From Octopus bimaculoides (lineage: Eukaryota), in assembly GCF_001194135.2 (NCBI RefSeq), contig NC_068982.1:67310353-67373579 (forward strand): 63,227 nt of DNA. Reading direction: 5' to 3'. Positions 37,846-50,200 of the stretch are shown in pieces; within the stretch, counting starts at the first letter, position 1; every line of letters starts with the position of its first letter. The position numbers and the translations under genes are program-made. The notes under the pieces are model-generated. The model was not told where the DNA came from. It saw only the letters and a program-made list of their open reading frames with translations, and searched no databases.

Positions 37846-38735
37846 CCTCCAGTTCATGGCCAAAGCTTGGTCTTGCACTGCCAATATAGTGCTCTTGGTC
37901 CCTTTTTTTAGTGTTCCTTTCATTAGCCAATCCCTCCTATTTTTAACTGCAACATCTGTTGTGGCTGCATGGAATTGATTGTGCAGTCCCTTGTTGTGTA
38001 ATTCTTCTTCATGTCCATTTTTGCACTTCTTCCTTTGTTTTCCCTTTTTTCTCTACTTTCAATATTCCTCATTCCCAACTGTCACTAGCAAGGTTTCCTT
38101 ACTTTGGGCTTGGTATCTCATTAAGCTCTTGAGTTCAATATGCATGCAATCTTCCACACTTTTTAGTCCTCTGCCTCCATTTGCTCTCTTCATATATAGG
38201 TGGTTAGTGTCCACATATGGATGATCGGCTCCATGCATCATTTGGAGCTTTCTTGACTTCCTGTCCATCTCCTTTAGTTCCTCTGTCCACCTCAGGACTC
38301 CAGTACCATACCGAACTACTGCGCACGAGTTTATTGTTGAAATTATGTTTCTGGCATTTAGCTTTGAAGCCAATATTTTTCTCACTTGCCACAGGTACTC
38401 CTTTTTTGTCTTTTCCTTCCTGTCATTGTGTTTTATTCCATCTGCCTCAAGTATTCCTAGGTATTTATAGCTGGATTGAGGTTGAATTACCTTCATCATT
38501 TTACCACTTGGCAAACATATATCTTCTCTTCTGAAAAGCTTTCCTTGTCTTATCACTATCATAGTACGTTTTGAGAGCACCAAACTCCATCTTAATATCA
38601 TTGAAGAAAATCAGCACAGACTGAACTAGGCTGTCCAGTTCTGCCTCAGTTTTAGTGAATAGCTTCAGATCGTCCATGAATAGCAAGTGGTTCAGTTTTC
38701 CCTTACCTCTTCGCAGGTTATACCCCAACTTTGTT
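37845..38735 (-). mobile_element. R4/Dong-clade LINE relic (RT region)
   Basis: LNHLLFMDDLKL, YKYLGILE, RKILASKLNARN, GGRGL and QDQAL motifs, with frameshifts. Confidence 0.92.
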
Positions 38736-38836
38736 TCTTAGCATATTTACTCACTTCAGGTTCCTTGAAAAACGAGGAATAATGTACTGTGATGATGAAT
38801 TGCTAGATTATTGCTCACTAAAATGAACTTTCACAT

Positions 38837-38890
<54 letters not shown>

Positions 38891-39005
38891 NNNNNNNNNN
38901 NNNNNNNNNNNNNNNNNNNNNNNNNNNNNNNNNNNNNNNNNNNNNNNNNNNNNNNNNNNNNNNNNNNNNNNNNNNNNNNNNNNNNNNNNNNNNNNNNNNN
39001 NNNNN

Positions 39006-39057
<52 letters not shown>

Positions 39058-39412
39058 CACGTGGATGAGTTATATCAAAAATGGGTGGTGCTATTATTCA
39101 TTGTTAAAAACTAGTGATTGCAGAATAGGCAGGTGTGTATGGCAACTCATGCTACTTGGACTGAGTATAAAGTCTATTGTCACAGAGACATTGCAATTTT
39201 GCTGTTTAGACTGAGTTCAAAGTCTGTCATTGCAGATACATCATTTACTGTTTTGTGGTATAAGGAAATTTTTATAAATTTCAGAACTAAAATTCTATAA
39301 ATTTCATATAAATCTTGATATTTTACCTAGGTATATGGAATAAAAATATTTAGCTTAGCTTTTATCTAGTAGAATTTCAATACTTACCATTATGATATAA
39401 TGCACACACATA

Positions 39413-39618
39413 CAAGGGGGTGCTGAAAAAGTTCCTGGCCTTGGGTAAAAGAAAAATACAGAAGGATCAGTTAATTATAATTTTATTCAACATATTTCCC
39501 TCTCAGATTGCAGCAGTCCTTCAGTTTTCTAAGCCCTGTAAAACAACTCAGAAGGTTGGGCTTCTAACCAGGCCTTTCATGATACCCTTAAAAGCAGGAA
39601 CTTTTCAGCACCCCCTTG
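39413..39618. mobile_element. mariner-type MITE, TA TSD
   Basis: TA-CAAGGGGGTGCTGAAAA...TTTTCAGCACCCCCTTG-TA. Confidence 0.9.
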
Positions 39619-39705
39619 TATATGTGTGTGTGTATTTATATATATCTAGGCAGCTTTTGACTTTTCCTATCCAAAGGGATTTTTAACTCAATATTTACAT
39701 TCTAT

Positions 39706-39919
39706 CAAAGCGGTGAGCTGGCAGAATCATTAGCACACAGGGCAGAATGCTTAGTGGCATTTCGCACGTCTTTATGCTGTGAGCTCAAATTCTGCCAAGG
39801 TCAACTTTGCCTTTCATTCTTTCAGGGTTGATAAATTAAGTACCAGTTGCATACTGGGGTCGATTTAATCGACTGCCCCCTACCTCAAAATTTCAGGCCT
39901 TGTGCCTAGAGTAGAAAAG
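39706..39919 (+). mobile_element. SINE family A, full length with TSD
   Basis: TSD AATATTTACATnCTAT at 39690-39705 and 39920-39935. Confidence 0.9.
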
Positions 39920-40075
39920 AATATTTACATGCTATTATTTAAAACTGTATTTGTTTTAATATCCTCCATTCCCCATGAAAAAAATTATATATAAATATAT
40001 GTATATATACATGTATGTGTATGTATATATACATATATAAATAAATTTAAAATTAAATATATATATGTGTGTGTG

Positions 40076-40123
<48 letters not shown>

Positions 40124-40525
40124 NNNNNNNNNNNNNNNNNNNNNNNNNNNNNNNNNNNNNNNNNNNNNNNNNNNNNNNNNNNNNNNNNNNNNNNNNNNNN
40201 NNNNNNNNNNNNNNNNNNNNNNNNNNNNNNNNNNNNNNNNNNNNNNNNNNNNNNNNNNNNNNNNNNNNNNNNNNNNNNNNNNNNNNNNNNNNNNNNNNNN
40301 NNNNNNNNNNNNNNNNNNNNNNNNNNNNNNNNNNNNNNNNNNNNNNNNNNNNNNNNNNNNNNNNNNNNNNNNNNNNNNNNNNNNNNNNNNNNNNNNNNNN
40401 NNNNNNNNNNNNNNNNNNNNNNNNNCAATATTATCAAAAAATTTCACACTCCACTATCAGTAGATATGTAAATGGTTTAATGCTTTCTACAAGTTAATTG
40501 ACCAGACTAAATAATATATACTCAC

Positions 40526-40563
<38 letters not shown>

Positions 40564-41369
40564 CAAGAAAAAATGCTCCATAGGTCATTAAGTCATCATC
40601 ATGTGGTTTATTTTCATATAGCATGTGAAGGGCAGGTTAACCTAACTGAGAAACCATCAATCTCTAGAAGTTATTGATTATTGTTGGAGACTGCATATAA
40701 AGAAGAGTGTAAGAGAAATGAAATGATTACACACATATTCACACACTTTGCGTACGTGTGTGTGTGTGTGTGCCTGTGTGTGTCTGTATGTGTATGTCTA
40801 CCTGTGTGACAGTGCATGTGACTGTATTTGTATAAATGTTGGTTAATCTCTTTATTATAATCATAAAGTCACAAAAGCACATCCTTAACTCTGCTAACTA
40901 CTTGTCCCAAGCAGAGATAAATCACAAACCACATAGCAAATCAAAAGCTAAGCTATGTCATGTTATTTTTTTAGAAGACACTGTTGCTATAACTCCCAGC
41001 TGATTTAAACCAACCAATTAAAATGTGGTGCCTCACACAAAGATGCTTTGAATCATGATATGAAATAAAACACAAGATTTTCAGACTAATAGCTCATCAA
41101 CTTACCAATTTACTGACAAAAATAATGGCTCTACCACTAATACTAACAGCATCACAATCACTAACAAAGGGACAGTTTTTACATCATTACTCAATTTGCA
41201 AGAAAAGGCAGTGATGTTGCCTTCAAACTACAGCCTATTATCATTAAAAAAATTGAGGAACAAAATTTTGATAACAGTTCCAGATATGTTAAAAAATAAG
41301 ACTGGATAGTCATGGCTGGAACACATTTATAAAACTATTCAGTCAGAATTAAATGATATTCAGATACAT

Positions 41370-41434
41370 CAGCTACAAGGCTCAAGAGAGGTTGATAATG
41401 GACTACTACTCCCACATATGGGATAGTGCTGCTA

Positions 41435-41465
<31 letters not shown>

Positions 41466-41915
41466 ACACTCTGACATCCTGGACTGCATCTATAGAAGGA
41501 CCACTGACCTGAATAACACTCCTAAACTAATGACACACTCTGGCCTCTGGTTCACAAGCATGCTGTCTCCTCCCTCTGTCCTTTCTGTTACTATTATAAT
41601 AACCTCCACTCCCTGGAGTTGGCTAGTCTTGTGTCTCTGGCACTCAGGTATCCAAATTTCACTCATCTCTCTATTTTTCAGCACCCTTGGTGCAACCATT
41701 CACCCTTTTCCTGTTCTGACTACTATCTCCAGTCCTTCTACCCCCAGTACATAAACTCTCTGTAATCTTCTCTCTGCTCTTGTCTTTCCTACAGGTGTTG
41801 ACCTGCAACAGTCTAAACAGTACCTTAACAATATCAATGTCACTAATCTTGGATGGCCTACAAGGATCAGGGACTGTGCCCCTTCTTCCTGACTCATCAA
41901 ACAAAAAAAAAAAAA
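41370..41915 (+). mobile_element. CR1/L2/Jockey-group LINE 3' relic
   Basis: YKAQ.R..MDYYSHIW, HAVSSLCPF, frameshifted YLQSF..FPTGVDLQQ, then an A-rich tail. Confidence 0.75.
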
Positions 41916-42039
41916 GAACAATACCTTAATTGTACAGTATCTTTTACTGTACCCATAGGATAATTGAAGTTTTGTCATTTAATTTAGACAATTTCTTAGT
42001 CAGATTAGAATGTTGCAGGAAAGAATTGCAAGACCAATT

Positions 42040-42260
42040 CTTTGATCTGAGTCAATTGACAAGAGACCTAGGAGTAAACCAAGAATGTAATGGTCGGATA
42101 ACACTCATGAACTCAGTTGGTCACACTTGGGTATCCAGCTGGAAAGTGGAATGATGGTTGCTTCTGACAGGACTCTATGGAGCAGGTGCTTAAGGACTCT
42201 ACTTCCACGAGTCTCCCAGGAAAAGTGGGCAGAGAAAGATGGACAGGTGGATGGTAGATA
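42040..42260 (+). mobile_element. RTE/RTEX-like LINE 3' end
   Basis: KRPRSKPRM*WSD..LSWSHLGI..LRTLLPRVSQEK with a GATGG-type tail. Confidence 0.7.
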
Positions 42261-42677
42261 GAATCTATGCATAAATTAATTCATGTATGTGTGTGTGCAC
42301 GTGCATGTACATTGTGTATTTTTGTATTTGTGTGTGTGCATACGCATATGCATTTGTGTTTGTCTTTTCCTGTTTGATGACTGATGTTGGTTTGTTTATG
42401 TCTCTGTAACCTATATACAGGACAAATGATTTCACAAGACAAAGTGGTTCACCTGTAGATAAGGTGTATGGAAAAATTATGTAACAGTTTTAATTTTATA
42501 TAATACAGATCAGATGCATTTTGAAACATATGTAGTGCATAACTGATTCTTCCATTCCTTTCATTCACTCATTTAATTATCTCATACTTCAAAACATAAC
42601 TTGCTTTTGTACTGGAATTGTACAGCATCCATCATCAAGATTACTTGATAATTTCATAATCGGACAAAGCGCATTTG

Positions 42678-42721
<44 letters not shown>

Positions 42722-42852
42722 NNNNNNNNNNNNNNNNNNNNNNNNNNNNNNNNNNNNNNNNNNNNNNNNNNNNNNNNNNNNNNNNNNNNNNNNNNNNNNN
42801 NNNNNNNNNNNNNNNNNNNNNNNNNNNNNNNNNNNNNNNNNNNNNNNNNNNN

Positions 42853-42893
<41 letters not shown>

Positions 42894-43539
42894 TGTGTTC
42901 ATTAAAATATGATAGGTAAATATTACTACTTATGAGTGAATTTTAGTATGAGTCTGGCAAAGATAATCAACAGATGAATTTTGAAAGAATTGTATTGGAA
43001 TGATGGCCATTTGTATATATCATCGTCACCACACCTGAAACCACCACCACCACCACTACCACTACTATAAAAATGATGATGATGATGATGATGACATCAT
43101 CATCATCATCATTTTTATGTCAGCTTTCCATCCTGTCATGAGTTGGACAAATCATCAATGCCCAAATCACTTCCTGTTGGGAGTCACTACTCCCAAAGAC
43201 TAGGTGCTCATACATATCTTTGGCATGGTTTCTATACCTGGATGCCCTTCCTAATGCCACCTACTTTACAGATTGTTCTGGGTATATTTTTGTATGACAG
43301 TAGCACTAGGGAGGTTAAACAGTCCTTGGTAAGCCTGGACAAGAGAAACTTCAAACCATACATTTACTCTGCTCATTAAACCAACCATTTCACAAATGGT
43401 GAAATGAAACCTTGTACATAGTAAATGTATATTTGCAAGAGAGAGAGAAAGACCAGAAATGAGTACTTAAGAGGTGGAGATAAGGGAGTAAATGAAGGTG
43501 AAGAAAATATTCAATGAACAAGGGTAAGTTTATTTGTAT

Positions 43540-43730
43540 AGGTGACCAAGGAAGGGAATTTAGCAGTTCAGCTAAAGAGACCGATAGAAAAAGTACCAAG
43601 TTTAAAAAAAAATTAAATAAGTAAGTACTGAGGTCAAATTGTTCGACTAAAAATTCTTTAAGGCAGTGACTCAGCATAGCTGCAGTCAAATAAAACAGAT
43701 ACAAGATAAAATATGCACGTGTGTATGTGT
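43540..43730 (-). mobile_element. SINE family F
   Basis: Family match with 59985-60205. Confidence 0.65.
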
Positions 43731-44066
43731 GCATCTACATATACATATATACATACATGCATATATATATATGTGTATTTCTGTGACTATTTAAGCGTAC
43801 ATTAATGCATATATTTGTACAGGCAAGTTGGGGTGGGGGACTTGCCGGTTTTTGTATGAATAGTTAGAAGGATGTTTGCATTATTTCGGACTTGGTTCAC
43901 CTCCAACTCAGATCATTAGTTCATCTCTCAGCTGTTCTCTTCATGCCAAATAAAAAGCAAAATGCATTGCTACTACATTTTTAAAAGTCTGTTTTAATGG
44001 TAGTCATCCTTGTGTGAAACTGGCCAAGATCACACACAGCCACATATACACACACGTCTGTGTATG

Positions 44067-44136
<70 letters not shown>

Positions 44137-44876
44137 CATAGAGAGAAAGAAAGAGGGAGAATTAAGGAGAAAATAACTTTNNNNNNNNNNNNNNNNNNNN
44201 NNNNNNNNNNNNNNNNNNNNNNNNNNNNNNNNNNNNNNNNNNNNNNNNNNNNNNNNNNNNNNNNNNNNNNNNNNNNNNNNNNNNNNNNNNNNNNNNNNNN
44301 NNNNNNNNNNNNNNNNNNNNNNNNNNNNNNNNNNNNNNNNNNNNNNNNNNNNNNNNNNNNNNNNNNNNNNNNNNNNNNNNNNNNNNNNNNNNNNNNNNNN
44401 NNNNNNNNNNNNNNNNNNNNNNNNNNNNNNNNNNNNNNNNNNNNNNNNNNNNNNNNNNNNNNNNNNNNNNNNNNNNNNNNNNNNNNNNNNNNNNNNNNNN
44501 NNNNNNNNNNNNNNNNNNNNNNNNNNNNNNNNNNNNNNNNNNNNNNNNNNNNNNNNNNNNNNNNNNNNNNNNNNNNNNNNNNNNNNNNNNNNNNNNNNNN
44601 NNNNNNNNNNNNNNNNNNNNNNNNNNNNNNNNNNNNNNNNNNNNNNNNNNNNNNNNNNNNNNNNNNNNNNNNNNNNNNNNNNNNNNNNNNNNNNNNNNNN
44701 NNNNNNNNNNNNNNNNNNNNNNNNNNNNNNNNNNNNNNNNNNNNNNNNNNNNNNNNNNNNNNNNNNNNNNNNNNNNNNNNNNNNNNNNNNNNNNNNNNNN
44801 NNNNNNNNNNNNNNNNNNNNNNNNNNNNNNNNNNNNNNNNNNNNNNNNNNNNNNNNNNNNNNNNNNNNNNNNNNNN

Positions 44877-44919
<43 letters not shown>

Positions 44920-44925
<6 letters not shown>

Positions 44926-45180
44926 CTGTAAATAAAATATGTGACAATTATTTGGTAGCCATGATATAAAACTCCGAGTTTTGGATGTCGGGGTGGAAAC
45001 CCATGCTGGCATCTCTTCAGTTATCGAGCCATCGAAAAAATGCTATGTAAATGACCGTTAAAACAAAGGGAAATTACTGTGTGATCGACCATTATCAAGA
45101 CAGAAGAGCTATTAGAATGATCGCTAAGTAAGGTAAGGGAGTAAAAATGTTCATAGTAATCGCATAAGTGCGCATGTCCA
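44920..45180 (-). mobile_element. Penelope-like terminal repeat fragment in (TA)n
   Basis: Homologous to 37690-37845; contains a hammerhead motif. Confidence 0.6.
44966..45025 (-). ncRNA. Type I hammerhead ribozyme motif with G12 mutated
   Basis: gATAA-CTGAAGA-GATG(22 nt)CATC-c-AAAAC-tcgga-GTT-TTAT; helix I ATAA/TTAT and near-palindromic helix III ACTCGGAGT. Confidence 0.6.
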
Positions 45181-45651
45181 TACATACACATGCGTGCCTG
45201 CACACCCATGTACATGCGCCTATATGTATATACTCATCCACCCTCACTTGAAACACACACATGCTCACCCACACATTCACCAAAAACTATATATACATAC
45301 CCGCATACACGCTCGCACACACACACACACATACACAAAAAAGGTTCGGCATGACTGCAGCCACTTGGCTGAAACGCATAAAAATAAATAAACAAATGTC
45401 TATATACGCACATACTCGCATGCATGCACACATGTCTAACATATGCACATACCCGCACATGTCTATATACACATGCACACACACATATATATNNNNNNNN
45501 NNNNNNNNNNNNNNNNNNNNNNNNNNNNNNNNNNNNNNNNNNNNNNNNNNNNNNNNNNNNNNNNNNNNNNNNNNNNNNNNNNNNNNNNNNNNNNNNNNNN
45601 NNNNNNNNNNNNNNNNNNNNNNNNNNNNNNNNNNNNNNNNNTATATATATA

Positions 45652-46058
45652 TATATTAAATCTCTGAGCAAGATATAAACAGTAGTGGTATAGAATCGTA
45701 ACACGTATTTCCCAACTAAGTGTGATGTCCTATACAGGAGAGTGCTACTGTTGTTTATAGCCCCCGGGAAGACATCTCCTCCAGCTGACTAATGACACAC
45801 AGTCTGTGTCCAATTAGCATTTGTGAAGGGAGATCATTGCTCCTATCTCTAGCCTTACGTGATACACATGGATTCGAGTTTCTGGGTGGTTGCCTGACAT
45901 CAGCATGTGTTAATCACTAGCTAGGGATGCAAACTTATTCCACTCACAAATTGCTATATACTCTTCTAGCGACTCACCGTTGCTAATCTTGTAAAAGAGA
46001 GAGATATGTTATATTAAATCTCTGAGCAAAATATAAACAATAACGGTACGGAATTGTA
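45652..46058 (-). mobile_element. Retrozyme-like or Penelope-LTR-like unit: 358-bp monomer with 49-bp terminal direct repeats
   Basis: Repeats at 45652-45700 and 46010-46058 (42/49 identical), an internal hammerhead, and (TA)n on both sides. Confidence 0.65.
45861..45915 (-). ncRNA. Type I hammerhead ribozyme motif (two core deviations)
   Basis: ACACATG-CTGATGT-caggcaaccaccca-GAAAC-TCGA-ATC-CATGTGT; helix I is a perfect 7 bp. Confidence 0.65.
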
Positions 46059-46117
46059 TATATATGTGTGTGTGTGTGTGTGTGTTTATATATGTGTGTG
46101 TGTATATATATATATAT

Positions 46118-46236
46118 GGGAGAATATACAAATAATAACAACAGACGAGGACAGGTGGTGTAAATAACAAAAGTATATATTAGTATGACGCTCGGGAATA
46201 CGGAAAGTCTTTGACGTTTCGAGCTACGCTCTTCAA
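46118..46236 (-). mobile_element. Penelope-type fragment with a minimal hammerhead truncated by (TA)n
   Basis: (T)TGAAGA-G-cgtagct-C-GAAAC-GTC at 46213-46236. Confidence 0.6.
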
Positions 46237-46874
46237 TATATATATATATATATAAGGAGCGAGAGAGAGAGAGAGACAGACAGACAGATAGAGAGAGAGA
46301 CAGACAGATAGAGAGAGAGAGATGGATAGATAGCTAGATAGATAGATAGACAAATATTTGCTTCATATGCACTTGTATGACACATAAGCATCTCTATAAG
46401 TATCCATCTTTATAAGCATTTGCTAAACATCTAGGGGCACGCAAGTACAAGAAAATTGGAAGCTATTGCAACTGTATGTTTTACAGGAGAAAGCTTTCTC
46501 CTTAGACTTTTCTATTGAGGGGATTTTAACAACTCAAAATAAGTTCTACTGTGGTGTTTTTCTTTCTCCAGGTGGCTACCTTTTACTATGGATCGAAACA
46601 ACAAGCTTAGATGTTTCTATAAAATTATAGTTCCATGCATATATATATATATACAACATCATCGTCATTGTTTAGCATCCACACTTGTTTCCAGGAAAGG
46701 TAATATTTTGACAGGAAGGAAAAAAAGATATAAGACCTGAATTTTACGTTCTCCATATTTGAGCATATGTGTATGTATGTATGTATGTATGTATCTATCT
46801 ATCTATCTCTCTATCTCTCTATCTATGTGTGTATGTATGTATATATATATATGTATATATATGTGTATGTATAA

Positions 46875-46923
<49 letters not shown>

Positions 46924-48010
46924 NNNNNNNNNNNNNNNNNNNNNNNNNNNNNNNNNNNNNNNNNNNNNNNNNNNNNNNNNNNNNNNNNNNNNNNNNNNNN
47001 NNNNNNNNNNNNNNNNNNNNNNNNNNNNNNNNNNNNNNNNNNNNNNNNNNNNNNNNNNNNNNNNNNNNNNNNNNNNNNNNNNNNNNNNNNNNNNNNNNNN
47101 NNNNNNNNNNNNNNNNNNNNNNNNNNNNNNNNNNNNNNNNNNNNNNNNNNNNNNNNNNNNNNNNNNNNNNNNNNNNNNNNNNNNNNNNNNNNNNNNNNNN
47201 NNNNNNNNNNNNNNNNNNNNNNNNNNNNNNNNNNNNNNNNNNNNNNNNNNNNNNNNNNNNNNNNNNNNNNNNNNNNNNNNNNNNNNNNNNNNNNNNNNNN
47301 NNNNNNNNNNNNNNNNNNNNNNNNNNNNNNNNNNNNNNNNNNNNNNNNNNNNNNNNNNNNNNNNNNNNNNNNNNNNNNNNNNNNNNNNNNNNNNNNNNNN
47401 NNNNNNNNNNNNNNNNNNNNNNNNNNNNNNNNNNNNNNNNNNNNNNNNNNNNNNNNNNNNNNNNNNNNNNNNNNNNNNNNNNNNNNNNNNNNNNNNNNNN
47501 NNNNNNNNNNNNNNNNNNNNNNNNNNNNNNNNNNNNNNNNNNNNNNNNNNNNNNNNNNNNNNNNNNNNNNNNNNNNNNNNNNNNNNNNNNNNNNNNNNNN
47601 NNNNNNNNNNNNNNNNNNNNNNNNNNNNNNNNNNNNNNNNNNNNNNNNNNNNNNNNNNNNNNNNNNNNNNNNNNNNNNNNNNNNNNNNNNNNNNNNNNNN
47701 NNNNNNNNNNNNNNNNNNNNNNNNNNNNNNNNNNNNNNNNNNNNNNNNNNNNNNNNNNNNNNNNNNNNNNNNNNNNNNNNNNNNNNNNNNNNNNNNNNNN
47801 NNNNNNNNNNNNNNNNNNNNNNNNNNNNNNNNNNNNNNNNNNNNNNNNNNNNNNNNNNNNNNNNNNNNNNNNNNNNNNNATATATACACCCCCCCCACAC
47901 ACACACACACAAGCATACATTGGTCCTTCATAGAGGTAAGTAGATAGTTATATTAACATACATATATACACACTTGTGAAAGAGAAAGAGATGAAGTGTA
48001 TGTGTGTATA

Positions 48011-48059
<49 letters not shown>

Positions 48060-48679
48060 TAATAATAATAATGACAACAACAATGACAACAACGATGATG
48101 ATGATCGTGATGATATGAGATTACTGCATAAATTTCTTGGATGCATACATGAATGTGTTTTTGTGCAGGTGTGTTTGTATATGTGTAGATGTGTACATAT
48201 ACAGTTAGTTAAAGTAAGAGATGCCATAAATGGAATAAATACAAGCTATTCAAAACAGATGTATTGTAGTCAGGCTTGGTCTTTACTTGTTACACTCCTT
48301 AGTCTATATGACGCAGAATCAACTGACATGGGAAAAATATTAAGATGCATTCCTAACCAACCAATACAGTCTGTACATATGATGAGGGGGTGCTTTGTTT
48401 TTTATTTTTTTATTTTTTTTTTTGCTGTTTATTATATACAGGATATTCATACAGATCAATAAATATAGAAATGGAGTCAAATTTATTATTAAATTCAATT
48501 TGATTGGGATTTAATCTCACTTGATGGTTTATTTAACCAGTCCTGTTAAAATGAATTTTATAATATATATGATTCGATTGTTAGTTTTAGTTCACCCCAT
48601 CAGTAAATGTTCTGCTATTGTTCTTAAACTTGTTTTAAAATAATAACCTTCATTTTACATCTATAAATAGATGGATGGG

Positions 48680-48764
48680 TAGATGTTATGTAGGTAGAGG
48701 TAGATAAATCGATAGATAGATAATTAGACAAACAGACAGACAGATAGATAGGTTGTTAGGTAGG

Positions 48765-48803
<39 letters not shown>

Positions 48804-48862
48804 GTTATATATATATATATATACATACATACATACATACATATATATAGAGAAAGAGAGAT

Positions 48863-48915
<53 letters not shown>

Positions 48916-49045
48916 CAGAGAGAAAGTAAGAGAAAGATGGATAGATAAATATGTTGATAGATAGACAGACAGACAGACAAAAGTGTAGTTGGTAGATAGA
49001 TAAATGGCTAAATAGACAGACAGATATATGTACATATAGAGAAAC

Positions 49046-49107
<62 letters not shown>

Positions 49108-49200
49108 ATGTATGCATGCATAGATAGGCAGCAGACTGACAGACAGACTGACAGACAGACTGACAGACAGACTGACAGACAGACAAAAAAAGACAGGCAA
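48680..49200. repeat. (GATA)n/(GACA)n/(GA)n low-complexity block
   Basis: Directly visible. Confidence 0.92.
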
Positions 49201-49789
49201 ATGGATGGTCAAATGAATAAAAAAACGGATAAGAAGGGATTAGATTGTTAGGGATTATCAAAATATATCATACAATAATAATTTCTGCCTACAAGATGTC
49301 ATTACTATTTTTTATTTTAAACCATTAAATAGGCAAACTAAATGTGAACAAACTGCACCTATAATTTTGGGGTATTAGTTTTTAATGTAGGAGTGGGGTA
49401 GTTATTAATTTTAATATTGAGTTAAATAACATCATCATCATTTTCATCATTCAATGTCTGTTGTCCATGCTGGCATGGACCTAAGCTGTTTCTGGAATGT
49501 TCTTTTAAATAAAGGAATAATAATAAAAAAATGTATTCAGGAAGACAAGATAAAATAAAGATAGGTTATCAAATTAAGATATTGAAATAGGACATTAGAT
49601 GAAGATTTCAATGAATGATGAGTTAAATGTAAAAGAATGCAAATCTAAATAAAATAAATAAAACATATTGGTTGGCCCAATTATTCCTCAGCTGTGGTCA
49701 TGCTGGGCCACTACCTTAATTCTATTATTTAGTTGTTTTAGAGAATAAGAATAATTAAGCTATACAATCCTGGAGTTCCTTGATTGACC

Positions 49790-49961
49790 CTAGCTAGAAT
49801 TTCTCCTGTATCAGGACTGTATCATTCATGTTATCACATACTTGGTATTATACTTTGTATATTTTTATTTCATTTCACCATCTTTTCTATTTTTTCTCCC
49901 TGTCCTTCATGTAAATCCCCACGCAAATTGTTGTCTGTCCTTGTGATGGCTGATAAAAGAA

Positions 49962-50018
<57 letters not shown>
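49790..50018 (+). mobile_element. Probable LINE 3' UTR with (TTA)n tail
   Basis: T-rich segment ending GATAAAAGAAA-(TTA)n; clade (L1/Tx1) inferred. Confidence 0.45.
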
Positions 50019-50020
<2 letters not shown>

Positions 50021-50200
50021 GTTGCTTTTTTTTCTTCTTTCTTCAAATTTTCTTCCATTTCTCGCCGAGTATTTTCTGTACACCTAGGGCAGAGAAACTC
50101 GTATGCATTCCCAGTTTACACATGCAAATTCACAGGTAAAATATGTATTTAAAAAAAAAAAAAAAAATCATTATTATCATCATTATTATTATTATTATTA

